Assembly: GCA_965208675.1 (NCBI GenBank) | Contig: OZ242351.1 | Coordinates: 1,312,001 to 1,376,000, forward strand | Length of the DNA: 64,000 bases | Reading direction: 5' to 3' | DNA from: Candidatus Poribacteria bacterium | GTDB taxonomy: Bacteria > Poribacteria > WGA-4E > PCPOR2b | Part shown: positions 45,315 to 54,064 of the stretch, in pieces | Numbering within the stretch: position 1 is the first letter of the stretch | How the letters are laid out: each line of letters starts with the position of its first letter | Translations under genes and position numbers: made by a program | The notes under the pieces: generated by a model | Seen by the model: only the letters and a program-made list of their open reading frames with translations | The model's database searches: none | Told to the model about the DNA's origin: nothing

Positions 45315-47069
45315 GTGGCTAAGCACCAGGTTGTATCTATTGACATAGGCGCAAGCGCAATAAAATTATCGCGGCTAGAGCAAACGCCGGCAGGGCTGCA
45401 ATTGGTTTGTGCAGGAATAGAACAGTACCCGCAAGATAACCCAACGGGGGAGATTGACGACAAGACGATTCAACAGACGTTGCAGAAACTCTGGAAGAGG
45501 ATTCTAGGTCGAAAAAAAATTCCAGTCGTCTTATCCATTCCCAGGCTGTTGGTGACTTCACGGCGTTTAACTAACCTGCCAGATGCCGTGACCAACGATC
45601 AGCTCGCAAGTCTTGTTGCTATCCAAGCGGAAACTGAATTGCCATTCACGCCGGAACAGGCCGTCTTCGATTATCATGATGTGCGCCGTGACGGCGAGAC
45701 TGGGGTGTCCGTGGAACTCATTGCGGCGCGGCGAGACGCGGTGCAAAAACAGATAGATTATCTGCAACCACTTGGAATTCTGCCAAGGGCGATGCTGCCT
45801 TCGACGTTAGCAATTTGTGTGTTGGCGGGCATGGAACTCAACGGTAATTCGTCCGATCAGCGAATATTGGTCGTGGATATTGGGGCAAGCCGGACGGATT
45901 TGTGTGTTATGCGAGGGAAGGTCCTTCAGTTTTCGCGGAGTTTTCCTATCGGTGGAGATTCATTAACGCGCTACTACCAAAGTGAAACAGGTGACGACTT
46001 TGGGAGCGCTGAACGTAATAAGATTGCTAACGCTGAACTAAACGGGAGGTATCAAAGCGCAACACCTACTTATGTATGGGCTAAAGAATTCATTACTGAA
46101 CTGAAACGGTCGATTGGCGCGGCAAGCCGGGAACTCGATTTGACGGAGAGTGAACTCGTCCGTGAAATCTGGTTATGCGGCGGAGGTGTCCAAATCTCCG
46201 GCTTTTCGACTTACGTCGCTGCTCAACTGCAAATTCCCGCACGTCTATGGAACCCACTCGAAGCACTTAGGTCTTCAATCCCCAACCAATCCTTGGAAAA
46301 TCTGGATGAATTACAGCCGAACCGCCAATCTATTGAGGGTTTTGGAAGCAGTCTAGCTGTATCGCTCGGGCTCGGAGTGAATGCCCTCACTCGTCAGATT
46401 ACGCTGGATCTCCTGCCAAAGGAAGAAAAAGCTAAGCTCACGCAAGCGGAAAGAAAGTCGCAGATGTTCATGGGTATCGCGGCAGGAGCGGTGCTGCTCT
46501 TCGGTTTGGCATTAGGTGGGTTGACATGCCGCGCATCCCACCAATCGAAAATCGATGACTTGGACGACGAGATTCGAAGTATAAAAGGGGCGGAATCTCG
46601 CGCAAAAAATGCATTAGTCAAAAATTTGGCAATAGCAGACCTATTGACGCCTCGCAGCTCGCCCTTAGATATTTTTCGTGAATTTAGCCTCCGCTTCACC
46701 GATCGCACGAAAATCGCCTGGACAAATTTGAACATCAGCCATCTTGATGACCCCGATAAAGCGAAAATTGTGTTTAGTGTAGAAGCTAGCTCCCATCAAG
46801 AAATTAGCAAGATGCTCAGCACAATGGCCCAATCTGGGCTGGTCAAGGACATTAAATCTGGACAGATTACAAGTATCGATCGTGACAAAAAACAGATTTC
46901 CCAGGTGCAAGTGACTTGCAACCTGTCACCGCAATCTGTACGACTGTTTGCTCAAGCGCGGCACCGCCATCCGGTTGTGGGTCAGATTGAGACAGAAGAG
47001 ACGGATATTTGGTCAGAAAAAGACGAAAAACAGTCTGAACCGGCAGAAGGCGACTACAACGAAGAATAG
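45315..47069 (+). CDS. PilM-PilN fusion (GspL-like) assembly protein
   Basis: SIDIGA..IK, VDIGA..T, GG..LT and LCGGG actin-like motifs; LGL..DLLP, one TM helix and a periplasmic domain. Confidence 0.85.
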   Translation: MAKHQVVSIDIGASAIKLSRLEQTPAGLQLVCAGIEQYPQDNPTGEIDDKTIQQTLQKLWKRILGRKKIPVVLSIPRLLVTSRRLTNLPDAVTNDQLASLVAIQAETELPFTPEQAVFDYHDVRRDGETGVSVELIAARRDAVQKQIDYLQPLGILPRAMLPSTLAICVLAGMELNGNSSDQRILVVDIGASRTDLCVMRGKVLQFSRSFPIGGDSLTRYYQSETGDDFGSAERNKIANAELNGRYQSATPTYVWAKEFITELKRSIGAASRELDLTESELVREIWLCGGGVQISGFSTYVAAQLQIPARLWNPLEALRSSIPNQSLENLDELQPNRQSIEGFGSSLAVSLGLGVNALTRQITLDLLPKEEKAKLTQAERKSQMFMGIAAGAVLLFGLALGGLTCRASHQSKIDDLDDEIRSIKGAESRAKNALVKNLAIADLLTPRSSPLDIFREFSLRFTDRTKIAWTNLNISHLDDPDKAKIVFSVEASSHQEISKMLSTMAQSGLVKDIKSGQITSIDRDKKQISQVQVTCNLSPQSVRLFAQARHRHPVVGQIETEETDIWSEKDEKQSEPAEGDYNEE

Positions 47070-47080
47070 GGTGAGCGTGG

Positions 47081-48610
47081 ATGAAAAAATTTACGAAGCG
47101 TGAAAGAGTGTTGCTGGTTATTGTCGTCGTTGTTGTTGTCGCCATTTTAATTGTGCAGCTTGGACGCGCAGCTCGTCAAGGGTTTTCAGGAGGAACGCTG
47201 GCTGATAAACGCAGCGCGCTGCAGACCGCTCGTGAACTAGTTTCACTCTCCGAAATAATCGAACGAATTGGCGGAAACCTACGGGAGAACGTCGGTCTTC
47301 AGGGACAAATTATCTCCGATTCCTTATATGATGTGCTTGCAAGTCAGATTGACCTAGACGACCTCAATCGTGTGCAGCACGCGTCCGGTCTGGCAGTTTT
47401 GCACCCCGCACTCGGTGGAAAAGCGGATACACTTGTTGCGTTTAAGAAACGGAATGGAGATTTCAAGAGTTTAGATGAGTTGAAAAAGGTGCGTGGCCCC
47501 ATTTTTGAGGGAGAGCAACCCGAGGCGGTGATATCACGGCGAATTGCTATTCTAGCTGGGAAAGCGGGGCTTCGGCCGAACTATCAACTGAATATGAAGG
47601 CTAGGCCGGGCAGGAACACTGAGGCGATTGCATCTCACGTGAAAAGAAGCCTCGTGGTTTATTTATACAATAGTGAGTTAAACGAGGAATTAAAACAGCT
47701 ACAGGCGCGGCAGAAATCAATTGAGGAGGAAAGCAATACCAGAATGGCGGAAATGGACGAGGAGGCATCGGATGCTATGCTTGATGCATGGCTGAATGAT
47801 GATAAATCTGATGCGGGGAAATCAGAAGCAATGGAAAACTCCGCGGCAGACAAACCCCAGACAGAGGGAGAAGTGAACGATATTTCCGTGGATGAGCAAG
47901 ATGTAGAAATGAATCTACCTAACGGATCCGAAGAAAATTCGCCGTCGAATCTAGATTCTCAGTTAGTGGCTTCTAGCATGAACAAGAGCGATTATGCGGT
48001 AAGAACGGTGCCATCCGATCGTCAATTCATTCCATTGCCCGAGGTAATTGATTTACCGGTGCGTATTCAGCTAATCCAATTTATACAACACAACTTAAAA
48101 CTTGAGATGGCGGGTGCCGCGGAATCTAAGGAAGGGTTTGTTGCAAATGAGATTGCTTCCGCGATGGACGTGGTACAGAGTAAGTTCTTGGGGTTTGGCT
48201 CAAAACGGCAGACAGTACGAGTTCAGTTGAGACCGGATAGCGAACTGCGGCTAAAACTCTGGGAATTGGTCAATCGGCGTGAAAGCGAACAGAGCATGTT
48301 TGAAAGCGAGATTGAAGAAGCAGTCGATTTTGATGAACAACTAATAGCACTCACCGCATACGTAGCTGACATTCAACAGCGTATAGAGGAACTGCTGGGA
48401 TTGCTTGCAAAAATCCCTTCAACCTACCACCCGGAAAAATATATTGTTGAAATGAACTTCAAAGGCGAAATGGGTAAGATTGTCGAACTGATGAGATTAA
48501 TCGAATCGTCATCAAGATGGTTGTTTCTCAGAGATCTCAGAATTTCCATCGCTGACAGGAAGGAAACAGTGCTCAGTGCCGATTTGTCCATGATTGCAAA
48601 GGTGCTTTGA
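47081..48610 (+). CDS. GspM/PilO-like protein with HhH module and acidic insertion
   Basis: T.RER.LL plus TM N-terminus; C-terminal ferredoxin-like V...F.G...I..L...IE...L.I; internal KA...V.F...NG.FKSLDELKKV.G. Confidence 0.6.
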   Translation: MKKFTKRERVLLVIVVVVVVAILIVQLGRAARQGFSGGTLADKRSALQTARELVSLSEIIERIGGNLRENVGLQGQIISDSLYDVLASQIDLDDLNRVQHASGLAVLHPALGGKADTLVAFKKRNGDFKSLDELKKVRGPIFEGEQPEAVISRRIAILAGKAGLRPNYQLNMKARPGRNTEAIASHVKRSLVVYLYNSELNEELKQLQARQKSIEEESNTRMAEMDEEASDAMLDAWLNDDKSDAGKSEAMENSAADKPQTEGEVNDISVDEQDVEMNLPNGSEENSPSNLDSQLVASSMNKSDYAVRTVPSDRQFIPLPEVIDLPVRIQLIQFIQHNLKLEMAGAAESKEGFVANEIASAMDVVQSKFLGFGSKRQTVRVQLRPDSELRLKLWELVNRRESEQSMFESEIEEAVDFDEQLIALTAYVADIQQRIEELLGLLAKIPSTYHPEKYIVEMNFKGEMGKIVELMRLIESSSRWLFLRDLRISIADRKETVLSADLSMIAKVL

Positions 48611-49455
48611 CCCCCATGAAAAGACACTTGCTATTTTACATTACCATTGCATTGTTCACCATTAGAATATTGCCGGCAAACGGCGATATGGACATACCCC
48701 CATTTGCGAAAGATATACTTGAAAAAAAAGGCATTTCAATAGCCGACTTACAAAACGACCCGGAACTTCGCAAAAAGTGGTTAAGGAAATTCCGGGACAT
48801 GGGCGGCAATAAGCAACACGACAAAACACCAGACGACGTTGGCGTAGATTTGAGCCCTGATCCTCAATTCTATAAGGTCATCACTGAAAACAACCTATTC
48901 CGTCCACTCGGATACCGCAAGGAAAAACCGGGACCGCCATTTGAACTCCTTGCTACCGTCGTCAATCATGAATCTGCCGGAAGCAAAGTTTTAATCCGAA
49001 GCAATGCTGATCGGCAAGTCTATTATGTAGGGGTTGGTGAAGAGTTTGCTGGCGCAAAGGTTGAGTTGATTGAACCACTAAAAGTGATGGTTTTCCACCA
49101 CGGGAAATCACAGGAATTTCGAGCTTCAACAGGAGAATTTCTTGGAGGTGGCGGTCATGAGCGCAAACATCAGCACCGCACGAGAAATCGCGAATCCGCG
49201 GCGAAATCGGAGGGCAGAGAATCCAATTTTGGCCGCGGAGACCGCGAATTTGAAGGTATGGAACGAAAACTCAGACATCTGCCGCCAGAAGAACGAAGGA
49301 AATTTATGCGTGAAATGATGCGAAAGCGGAGGGAAGCATCCGGAGGCAAACGTCGAGGGAATCGAGGCAAGGAACGTGAAGAAAAAGAGGAGCGAGATGA
49401 CGAAGATGAGAAGAAAGATGACAATCGCACCGACGAAAAGAAAGACAGAAAGTAG
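48607..49455 (+). CDS. GspC/PilP-like protein (HR domain, charged C-terminal tail)
   Basis: N-terminal hydrophobic helix, NLF.P, L.ATV...K.LI...VG...GAKV..I.P..V; located just before the secretin. Confidence 0.7.
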   Translation: MTPMKRHLLFYITIALFTIRILPANGDMDIPPFAKDILEKKGISIADLQNDPELRKKWLRKFRDMGGNKQHDKTPDDVGVDLSPDPQFYKVITENNLFRPLGYRKEKPGPPFELLATVVNHESAGSKVLIRSNADRQVYYVGVGEEFAGAKVELIEPLKVMVFHHGKSQEFRASTGEFLGGGGHERKHQHRTRNRESAAKSEGRESNFGRGDREFEGMERKLRHLPPEERRKFMREMMRKRREASGGKRRGNRGKEREEKEERDDEDEKKDDNRTDEKKDRK

Positions 49456-49667
49456 TTGCAATTGGTAGATGCTCATATAAATCGTAAATGTAGCACTCTT
49501 CGCTATGTCATTAGGAATTCAAACAGTAAGATTTAGAAATCATTGACGAAGGTTTTCCGTATTTCGCCATACTTAATCGGCACCAGGGGCGGGCTGAAAA
49601 TCCAAAGTTATTCCATACATTGAGTAGATATTTAGATTAATTTCATGAATCAGTCCAGGGGTATTCT

Positions 49668-52600
49668 ATGAAAATACGTTCCGAAGCAATTCAGAGGTTA
49701 GAAATCTTAATATTCTTGGTTTTAGCGGCGATTGTTACTGCGGGCACTGCCGGGTATGTAACGCCTGCCTTAGGCGAGGAAGACAATCGGAAGGGGATGA
49801 AGGTCGCGGAACGGGATGAAGCCGGAAAAGCCGTCAGATTCGACTTCGACTTCACAAGTGGAGATTTGCAAAACCTAATTAAGTTCATCAGCGAAGAAGC
49901 CGATCTCACGATTGTCGCCGCCGAAAACGACATTAAAGACAAGAAGTTCGCTCTTACTAATCTCAGAAATGTGACAATTGAGGAAACGTTGGAAGAAATC
50001 AAAACTGTTTTATCACAATACAATCTGACAATGATACGTACCAATAAAACAGTACTTATCACCACATTTAACAAAGCAGTACAGATGAAAGTACCCGTCA
50101 AACGCGTCACTGCTGATCCCAATCTAATTGAGCCGACTGACGAAATCCAAACCTACATCATCCAGTTGAATAGCGCTACGGCATCGGAGTTGGTAGGAGG
50201 CATTAAACCGCTACTGAACAGTGCAGCGAACATTTTCGCCGACGCAAACAGTAATTCGCTGATAATCACCGATCTCGCCTCCAATATTCGCAGGATTGTT
50301 ACCATTTTGCAGGTCGCGGACGAAGATCCGGACGTACCGTTAAAGGTCGAGGTAATTCCATTGACCAATGCAACAGCCAGGTCCTTAGCACAAACCCTTA
50401 GCGAAGTGTTTCGCCAAGAAGAACAAGTTACTAACATACTCAGGAAAATGAGCTATACCAGCAATCCGGATGAAATGCGTGAGATGATGGAAAAAGCCAA
50501 GAACAGCGGCGCGGGTATTGACATGATTCGCGGCCGCATCCAGATTGCTGCAGACGAAAGTTCAAATTCGCTCATCATTAAAGCGTCCGAGCCGAATCTT
50601 GTTGTGCTTAGGGAACTGATTCAGCAATTAGATACGGCGCCGAGCGTCCAAACAGAAATGCGTATCTTCCGATTGAAACATGCTATAGCTGAAGACATCG
50701 CTCAAACACTCGAAGAAATCATTACTGGCCAAACCGCCGGGCGTCGTCCGGGTCGATACGCCAGTAGGTGGGAAAGACGCGAATGGCAGAACCGGCGCAG
50801 CCGTTTACGCAGAGAGACTGCTGAACAGGAACATCAAGGCATTATCGGTACGGTAAATATTGCATCAAGCGATCACTTGAATGCTGTGGTTATCGCCTCA
50901 GATCCGCGAAACTTCCCAATTATCGAAAAACTCATTACAGAACTCGACCAATCCGACCCGCAAGAAGAGATTCGACTCTACTTTATGAAATTTGCACAAG
51001 CCGTGACAATAGCGCAGAATCTTCAAGATCTCTTTGAAGGCGGCAGCGCGGGGCGCGATCAAAACCGAACCTGGTGGGATCGGCAAGAGCTTTCTCGGAC
51101 AGATACAGCGGGGTTTGGCATCCAAGGGCCTGTCCACCTTGTGCCGGATGCGAGATTGAATGTTTTGATGGTTTCCACAGCGGAACAGAATTTTGAAACC
51201 ATTGAGGATCTCATTAAACGACTTGACGTGAGCATGCCGGACCAAGAATGGGCGACACGGGCTTACTTCTTGGAATATGCAGACGCCGAGAATGTCGAGA
51301 CGATTATCAATAACCTATACCGCCAAGGCGGCGGTACATCACGCGCGTGGTGGATGCCTAATCAACCGAACCAAAACCGGAGCGCGCTTGCCGGAAATGT
51401 GACGGCCGAGGCTTACCCAACGCTGAATGCAGTCTTCATTTCAACCGCGACACAGCGTAATTTCGAACTCATTTGGGAGGTTATTGAGCAGATAGATGTG
51501 CCAACACCGGAAGCGCAGAAGGAGATTACAAAACCCATTCGCCTCGAATACGCTAACGCAGAGCAGATAAAGGATGTGTTGAGTGAAGTATGGGAAGGTG
51601 ATGACGAACGCCAAGGTTTCAGTTGGAGACGCTACTTCACACGCGGTGGACGCGGTGAACAGAAAGATATCAATTCCCTGCGCGGTAAAGTCACCGTCTT
51701 CGCCGACCCAGACACCAATTCGCTCATCGTAACCACGGCTCAGCGCTATCTGCCAGACGTTGAAGCCCTGATTCGAGGCCTTGATTTCGTGCGCGGTCAA
51801 GTCTGGATCGACATCCAGATTCTTGAGGTGACGCTGGATGAAACCACGAAATTAGGCCTTGAATTGACCGCACAAGAAAATAGGCTATTCGGTGAGGAAC
51901 TGCGCGCTGGCAATCCCCTGGTCGGGGGTTTAAATACTAAATTCGCTCTTGATCAGGAAATCAGTGGTTTCACCTACAGCGTGGCGACGAAAGAATACAT
52001 GGCGCTTCTTCACACACTAATGCGGGAAAACAAAGTCAAGACGTTATCGACCCCTTCACTGCTAACGCGGGATAACCAGGAAGCGACGTGGAGCCGCGGA
52101 CGTTCGATTCCGTATCTACAGAGTGTTGATACCAGAAGCCTTTTGGGCGACACGGTCAATCAGCCCTTGTTTAATTACGATTTCATTACGCCGCCCGTCG
52201 GCATCAACATCACGATTAAGCCCCACATTGCAAAGTCTAAAGCGGGACCAGACGGCAAACGCACGATAGGGTTGGAGATTGTGCAAATCCAAGCCAGTAA
52301 CTTTATTGAGTTTACAGACTTCAACGCGCCAATCACGGAAGATAGCTCCATCAGCGCTTACATTGACGTGGAGGACGGACAGAGAATTGTGGTAGGGGGA
52401 ATGATCAAGCAAAAACAACAGAAAATTGAAAGTAAAATGCCAGTCTTGGGTGACATTCCATTTTTGGGCAACTTGTTCAGAAGGACAGAAACCGTGACTG
52501 AAAATTCTGAGATTGTCATTATTATCACCCCCCACATCATTGATATTAAAAACCCGGACGATCTCCGCAGGCTAGAAGAACAGGCAAAGGAGTGGCGTTC

Positions 52601-52694
52601 AAACAACAATAGTACGCCAATTGAACAAGGGCAAGGTGAAGGTGAAACCAGCCGAGCCATCAGCGAAGAAGCGGGCGAGAAAATGGACAAGTAG
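49668..52694 (+). CDS. gspD: Type II secretion secretin GspD with N0 plus six Secretin_N repeats
   Basis: Repeated I.L..A.A..I...L / D..SNSLI units; QV.I...ILEV, LSTP.LLT.DN..A, K.P.LGDIP.LG.LF, IITP.II. Confidence 0.93.
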   Translation: MKIRSEAIQRLEILIFLVLAAIVTAGTAGYVTPALGEEDNRKGMKVAERDEAGKAVRFDFDFTSGDLQNLIKFISEEADLTIVAAENDIKDKKFALTNLRNVTIEETLEEIKTVLSQYNLTMIRTNKTVLITTFNKAVQMKVPVKRVTADPNLIEPTDEIQTYIIQLNSATASELVGGIKPLLNSAANIFADANSNSLIITDLASNIRRIVTILQVADEDPDVPLKVEVIPLTNATARSLAQTLSEVFRQEEQVTNILRKMSYTSNPDEMREMMEKAKNSGAGIDMIRGRIQIAADESSNSLIIKASEPNLVVLRELIQQLDTAPSVQTEMRIFRLKHAIAEDIAQTLEEIITGQTAGRRPGRYASRWERREWQNRRSRLRRETAEQEHQGIIGTVNIASSDHLNAVVIASDPRNFPIIEKLITELDQSDPQEEIRLYFMKFAQAVTIAQNLQDLFEGGSAGRDQNRTWWDRQELSRTDTAGFGIQGPVHLVPDARLNVLMVSTAEQNFETIEDLIKRLDVSMPDQEWATRAYFLEYADAENVETIINNLYRQGGGTSRAWWMPNQPNQNRSALAGNVTAEAYPTLNAVFISTATQRNFELIWEVIEQIDVPTPEAQKEITKPIRLEYANAEQIKDVLSEVWEGDDERQGFSWRRYFTRGGRGEQKDINSLRGKVTVFADPDTNSLIVTTAQRYLPDVEALIRGLDFVRGQVWIDIQILEVTLDETTKLGLELTAQENRLFGEELRAGNPLVGGLNTKFALDQEISGFTYSVATKEYMALLHTLMRENKVKTLSTPSLLTRDNQEATWSRGRSIPYLQSVDTRSLLGDTVNQPLFNYDFITPPVGINITIKPHIAKSKAGPDGKRTIGLEIVQIQASNFIEFTDFNAPITEDSSISAYIDVEDGQRIVVGGMIKQKQQKIESKMPVLGDIPFLGNLFRRTETVTENSEIVIIITPHIIDIKNPDDLRRLEEQAKEWRSNNNSTPIEQGQGEGETSRAISEEAGEKMDK

Positions 52695-52883
52695 CAACTG
52701 CCGACTGAATACGCCTCGCATTTCACAGTTTAAATTTATCGCATCGGCATTCTGTGCACTCGGTAAACCTCGGAGACGTCAGCAAATCTCGTTAAACACT
52801 CCCGACTTGATGTATACGATCTGAGTTCGCGAAAGGATAACATCCTCCTGCGAAAATATAGCGCTTACCTTCCCGCCCTCCTG

Positions 52884-54014
52884 ATGGATTTCTGTTTTAG
52901 CGCGGTGTTCACAAATACCGCATTCTATTCAAGCTACCTCCATCTCACTTCAACTTTTTTAGGTACGCTCACGGCGATAAGCTCTGCAATATACGTTATA
53001 CTTGCCATTCCCTTCGGACGGCTATCCGATCGAATTAACCGAACTCACAATCTCGCCGCAGGATGCCTGTTACTCGCGATCCTTAGCTTTTCACTTCCGT
53101 TCTGTTTCCGTAAGCTCCATCTGGCGTTGGTCTTCCCGTGCGTTGGCATAAGCCAAGCGTTGTTTTGGCCCGCCTACGAAGCGTGGCTTGCGGAACGAGG
53201 TAGCGGCAGGTATCTGATTAAGCGGCTGCGGCTCTTCAACCTGTTTTGGAGCACTGGCATTACAGCCGGACCAGTTACATCGAGTTACCTGTATCGGGGC
53301 ACAAATCCGGTTATACCTTTCTATCTTGCGGGCGGTTTTAGTCTGCTCAATTGGTTCACCATTTATTCCCAACCAAAGATTCATAAAGGCGTAGGAAACC
53401 GTGCAATGCCCGCCTCACGTTCCGAGAGCACATGGGTGGAAGCGCAGCCAACTCCTACATCGCAACGCGTTTTTTTGCAGATTGCGCGGATTTCTAACTT
53501 TGCATCGTGGTTTTGCTTGGGCGTCTTGCGGCGAATAGCGCCAAAATTAACGCTAGAGATGGGCATCTCTGCGAAGATGTTCGGCAATCTTATGTTGACG
53601 CTGGGTGGTGTGCAAACGCTCACGTTTCTTTGGTTCGGCACGGATTACTCGACGCGGTGGCATTACCGGTTAACCCCTCTGGTATGTGTGCAATTACTAG
53701 CTGTGATGGGGTTTGTGGGATTGTGGTGTTGGACGCACGCCGTAATCTGGGCGTTCGCGTTTGCATCTATTGCAGTGTGTGCTGCCGTTACCTATTTCAG
53801 CAGTTTGTATTACAGTTTACATGAGGAGGAAAGCAAGGGCGACAAAAGTGGATGGCACGAAGCAATACTTGGGAGTGGAATTTTGTTAGGCCCCTTTCTG
53901 GGTGGGGTATTTGCGGATTCAGCGTTGGGAATCAAGAGTCCCTATCTGCTTTGCGCCGGCGTAATTGCAGTTTGCATCTTCCTCGAAGGATTGAAACGGT
54001 TGCGGGCACGGTAA
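52884..54014 (+). CDS. MFS transporter (start probably CTG 52848)
   Basis: G.LSDR..R motif A; about 12 hydrophobic segments. Confidence 0.85.
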   Translation: MDFCFSAVFTNTAFYSSYLHLTSTFLGTLTAISSAIYVILAIPFGRLSDRINRTHNLAAGCLLLAILSFSLPFCFRKLHLALVFPCVGISQALFWPAYEAWLAERGSGRYLIKRLRLFNLFWSTGITAGPVTSSYLYRGTNPVIPFYLAGGFSLLNWFTIYSQPKIHKGVGNRAMPASRSESTWVEAQPTPTSQRVFLQIARISNFASWFCLGVLRRIAPKLTLEMGISAKMFGNLMLTLGGVQTLTFLWFGTDYSTRWHYRLTPLVCVQLLAVMGFVGLWCWTHAVIWAFAFASIAVCAAVTYFSSLYYSLHEEESKGDKSGWHEAILGSGILLGPFLGGVFADSALGIKSPYLLCAGVIAVCIFLEGLKRLRAR

Positions 54015-54064
54015 CGCCGCATCAGGTACGCTCTCCCGCGAGTCCTTTGTCCTACCAGATTTTC

